A stretch of 227 bases of DNA from Escherichia coli (GTDB taxonomy: Bacteria; Pseudomonadota; Gammaproteobacteria; Enterobacterales; Enterobacteriaceae). The stretch is from assembly GCF_003334335.1 (NCBI RefSeq), contig NZ_QOWQ01000234.1; one strand, given 5' to 3'. How positions within the stretch are numbered: the first letter of the stretch is position 1; each line of letters opens with the position of its first letter. The notes below the pieces were generated by a model, which was not told where the DNA came from, did not search any database, and saw only the letters and a list, made by a program, of their open reading frames with translations. Shown in pieces: positions 1-227 of this stretch. A program made the translations under genes and the position numbers.

Positions 1-5
1 CAAAT

Positions 6-34
6 GCCTGATGCGCTACGCTTATCAGGCCTAC
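6..34 (+). repeat. REP / palindromic unit, Z2-like, copy 1
   Basis: gcctgatgcgctacgcttatcaggcctac. Imperfect palindrome with arms 6-16 and 20-30 (9 Watson-Crick pairs, one G-T, one mismatch) and a 3' CTAC tetranucleotide, matching the REP consensus pattern GCC(G/T)GATGCG...CTTATC(C/A)GGCCTAC. Confidence 0.85.
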
Positions 35-51
35 AGATTCTTGCGCCATTC

Positions 52-85
52 GTAGGCCGGATAAGGCGTTCACGCCGCATCCGGC
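52..85 (-). repeat. REP / palindromic unit, Y-like, copy 1, inverted relative to the Z2-like unit
   Basis: Reverse complement of 52-85 is gccggatgcggcgtgaacgccttatccggcctac, which matches the classic E. coli REP consensus as I recall it. Arms gccggatgcggcg and cgccttatccggc flank a tgaa loop; GTAG lies at 52-55 on the + strand. Confidence 0.88.
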
Positions 86-98
86 AATGGTGACAAAT

Positions 99-127
99 GC
101 CTGATGCGCTACGCTTATCAGGCCTAC
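99..127 (+). repeat. REP / palindromic unit, Z2-like, copy 2
   Basis: Identical to 6-34, offset by 93 bp. Confidence 0.85.
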
Positions 128-144
128 AGATTCTTGCGCCATTC

Positions 145-178
145 GTAGGCCGGATAAGGCGTTCACGCCGCATCCGGC
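145..178 (-). repeat. REP / palindromic unit, Y-like, copy 2
   Basis: Identical to 52-85, offset by 93 bp. Confidence 0.88.
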
Positions 179-191
179 AATGGTGACAAAT

Positions 192-220
192 GCCTGATGC
201 GCTACGCTTATCAGGCCTAC
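192..220 (+). repeat. REP / palindromic unit, Z2-like, copy 3 (unit truncated by the window end after 227)
   Basis: Identical to 6-34, offset by 186 bp; followed by the first 7 nt of the 17-bp linker. Confidence 0.85.
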
Positions 221-227
221 AGATTCT

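Larger units (their letters stand above)
1..227. repeat. Tandem array of a 93-bp unit, about 2.4 copies (1-93, 94-186, 187-227 truncated by the window edge); BIME-2-like mosaic of alternating REP units
   Basis: Direct comparison: 1-93 is identical to 94-186, and 187-227 is identical to 1-41. Each unit is Z2-like REP, 17-bp linker (agattcttgcgccattc), inverted Y-like REP, 13-bp linker (aatggtgacaaat). Confidence 0.95.

Noticed and set aside
6-51. Rho-independent (intrinsic) terminator formed by the GC-rich REP hairpins
   Set aside because: No U/T tract follows either stem on either strand (the sequence after the Z2 stem is ctacagattcttg; after the Y stem on the - strand it is gaatggcgcaagaatct). 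REP elements may affect mRNA 3' ends, but they are not canonical intrinsic terminators.
4-93. A + strand ORF ATG(4-6)...TGA(91-93) of 29 codons, MPDALRLSGLQILAPFVGRIRRSRRIRQW, repeated in frame at 97-186 because the 93-bp period is a multiple of 3
   Set aside because: The sequence is dictated by the REP palindromes. There is no credible Shine-Dalgarno: the only candidate, ggtga at 89-93 before the second ATG, sits 3 nt upstream, which is too close. The arginine-rich, low-complexity product is typical of spurious ORFs called across REP elements. Without Ribo-seq or conservation evidence it is not a supportable CDS.
35-98. IHF-binding site in the linkers, which would indicate a BIME-1/RIP element
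   Set aside because: Neither the 17-bp nor the 13-bp linker contains a good match to WATCAANNNNTTR on either strand. The nearest, tatcaggcctaca at 23-35, has G at the sixth position where the consensus requires A, and it is mostly inside the REP.
1-227. CRISPR array (regularly spaced palindromic repeats)
   Set aside because: There are no unique spacers. The entire 93-bp unit, linkers included, repeats identically, and the palindromes match the REP Y/Z2 families rather than a CRISPR repeat. The alternating orientation is also not CRISPR-like.
1-227. tRNA, small RNA gene, or a novel defence or mobile system
   Set aside because: There is no cloverleaf-compatible structure or tRNA-like conserved positions, no promoter and terminator pair defining a discrete sRNA, and no coding capacity. 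The known REP/BIME repeat class explains everything in the window, and 227 bp with no flanking sequence gives no basis for proposing a new system.

Overview
The whole 227-bp window is a perfect tandem array of a 93-bp unit (copies at 1-93, 94-186 and a truncated third at 187-227, all identical). Each unit holds two imperfect palindromes in opposite orientation that match the REP (repetitive extragenic palindromic, also called palindromic unit) family of E. coli and related Enterobacteriaceae: a Z2-like unit on the + strand and a Y-like unit on the - strand, separated by 17-bp and 13-bp linkers. This alternating architecture is that of a BIME-2-type bacterial interspersed mosaic element, a well-described non-coding intergenic repeat. 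I find no supportable protein-coding gene, RNA gene, CRISPR array or mobile-element gene, and no evidence of a novel biological system. The array runs to both window edges, so its true extent and flanking genes cannot be seen. Family assignments are from memory of consensus sequences, not from a database search.
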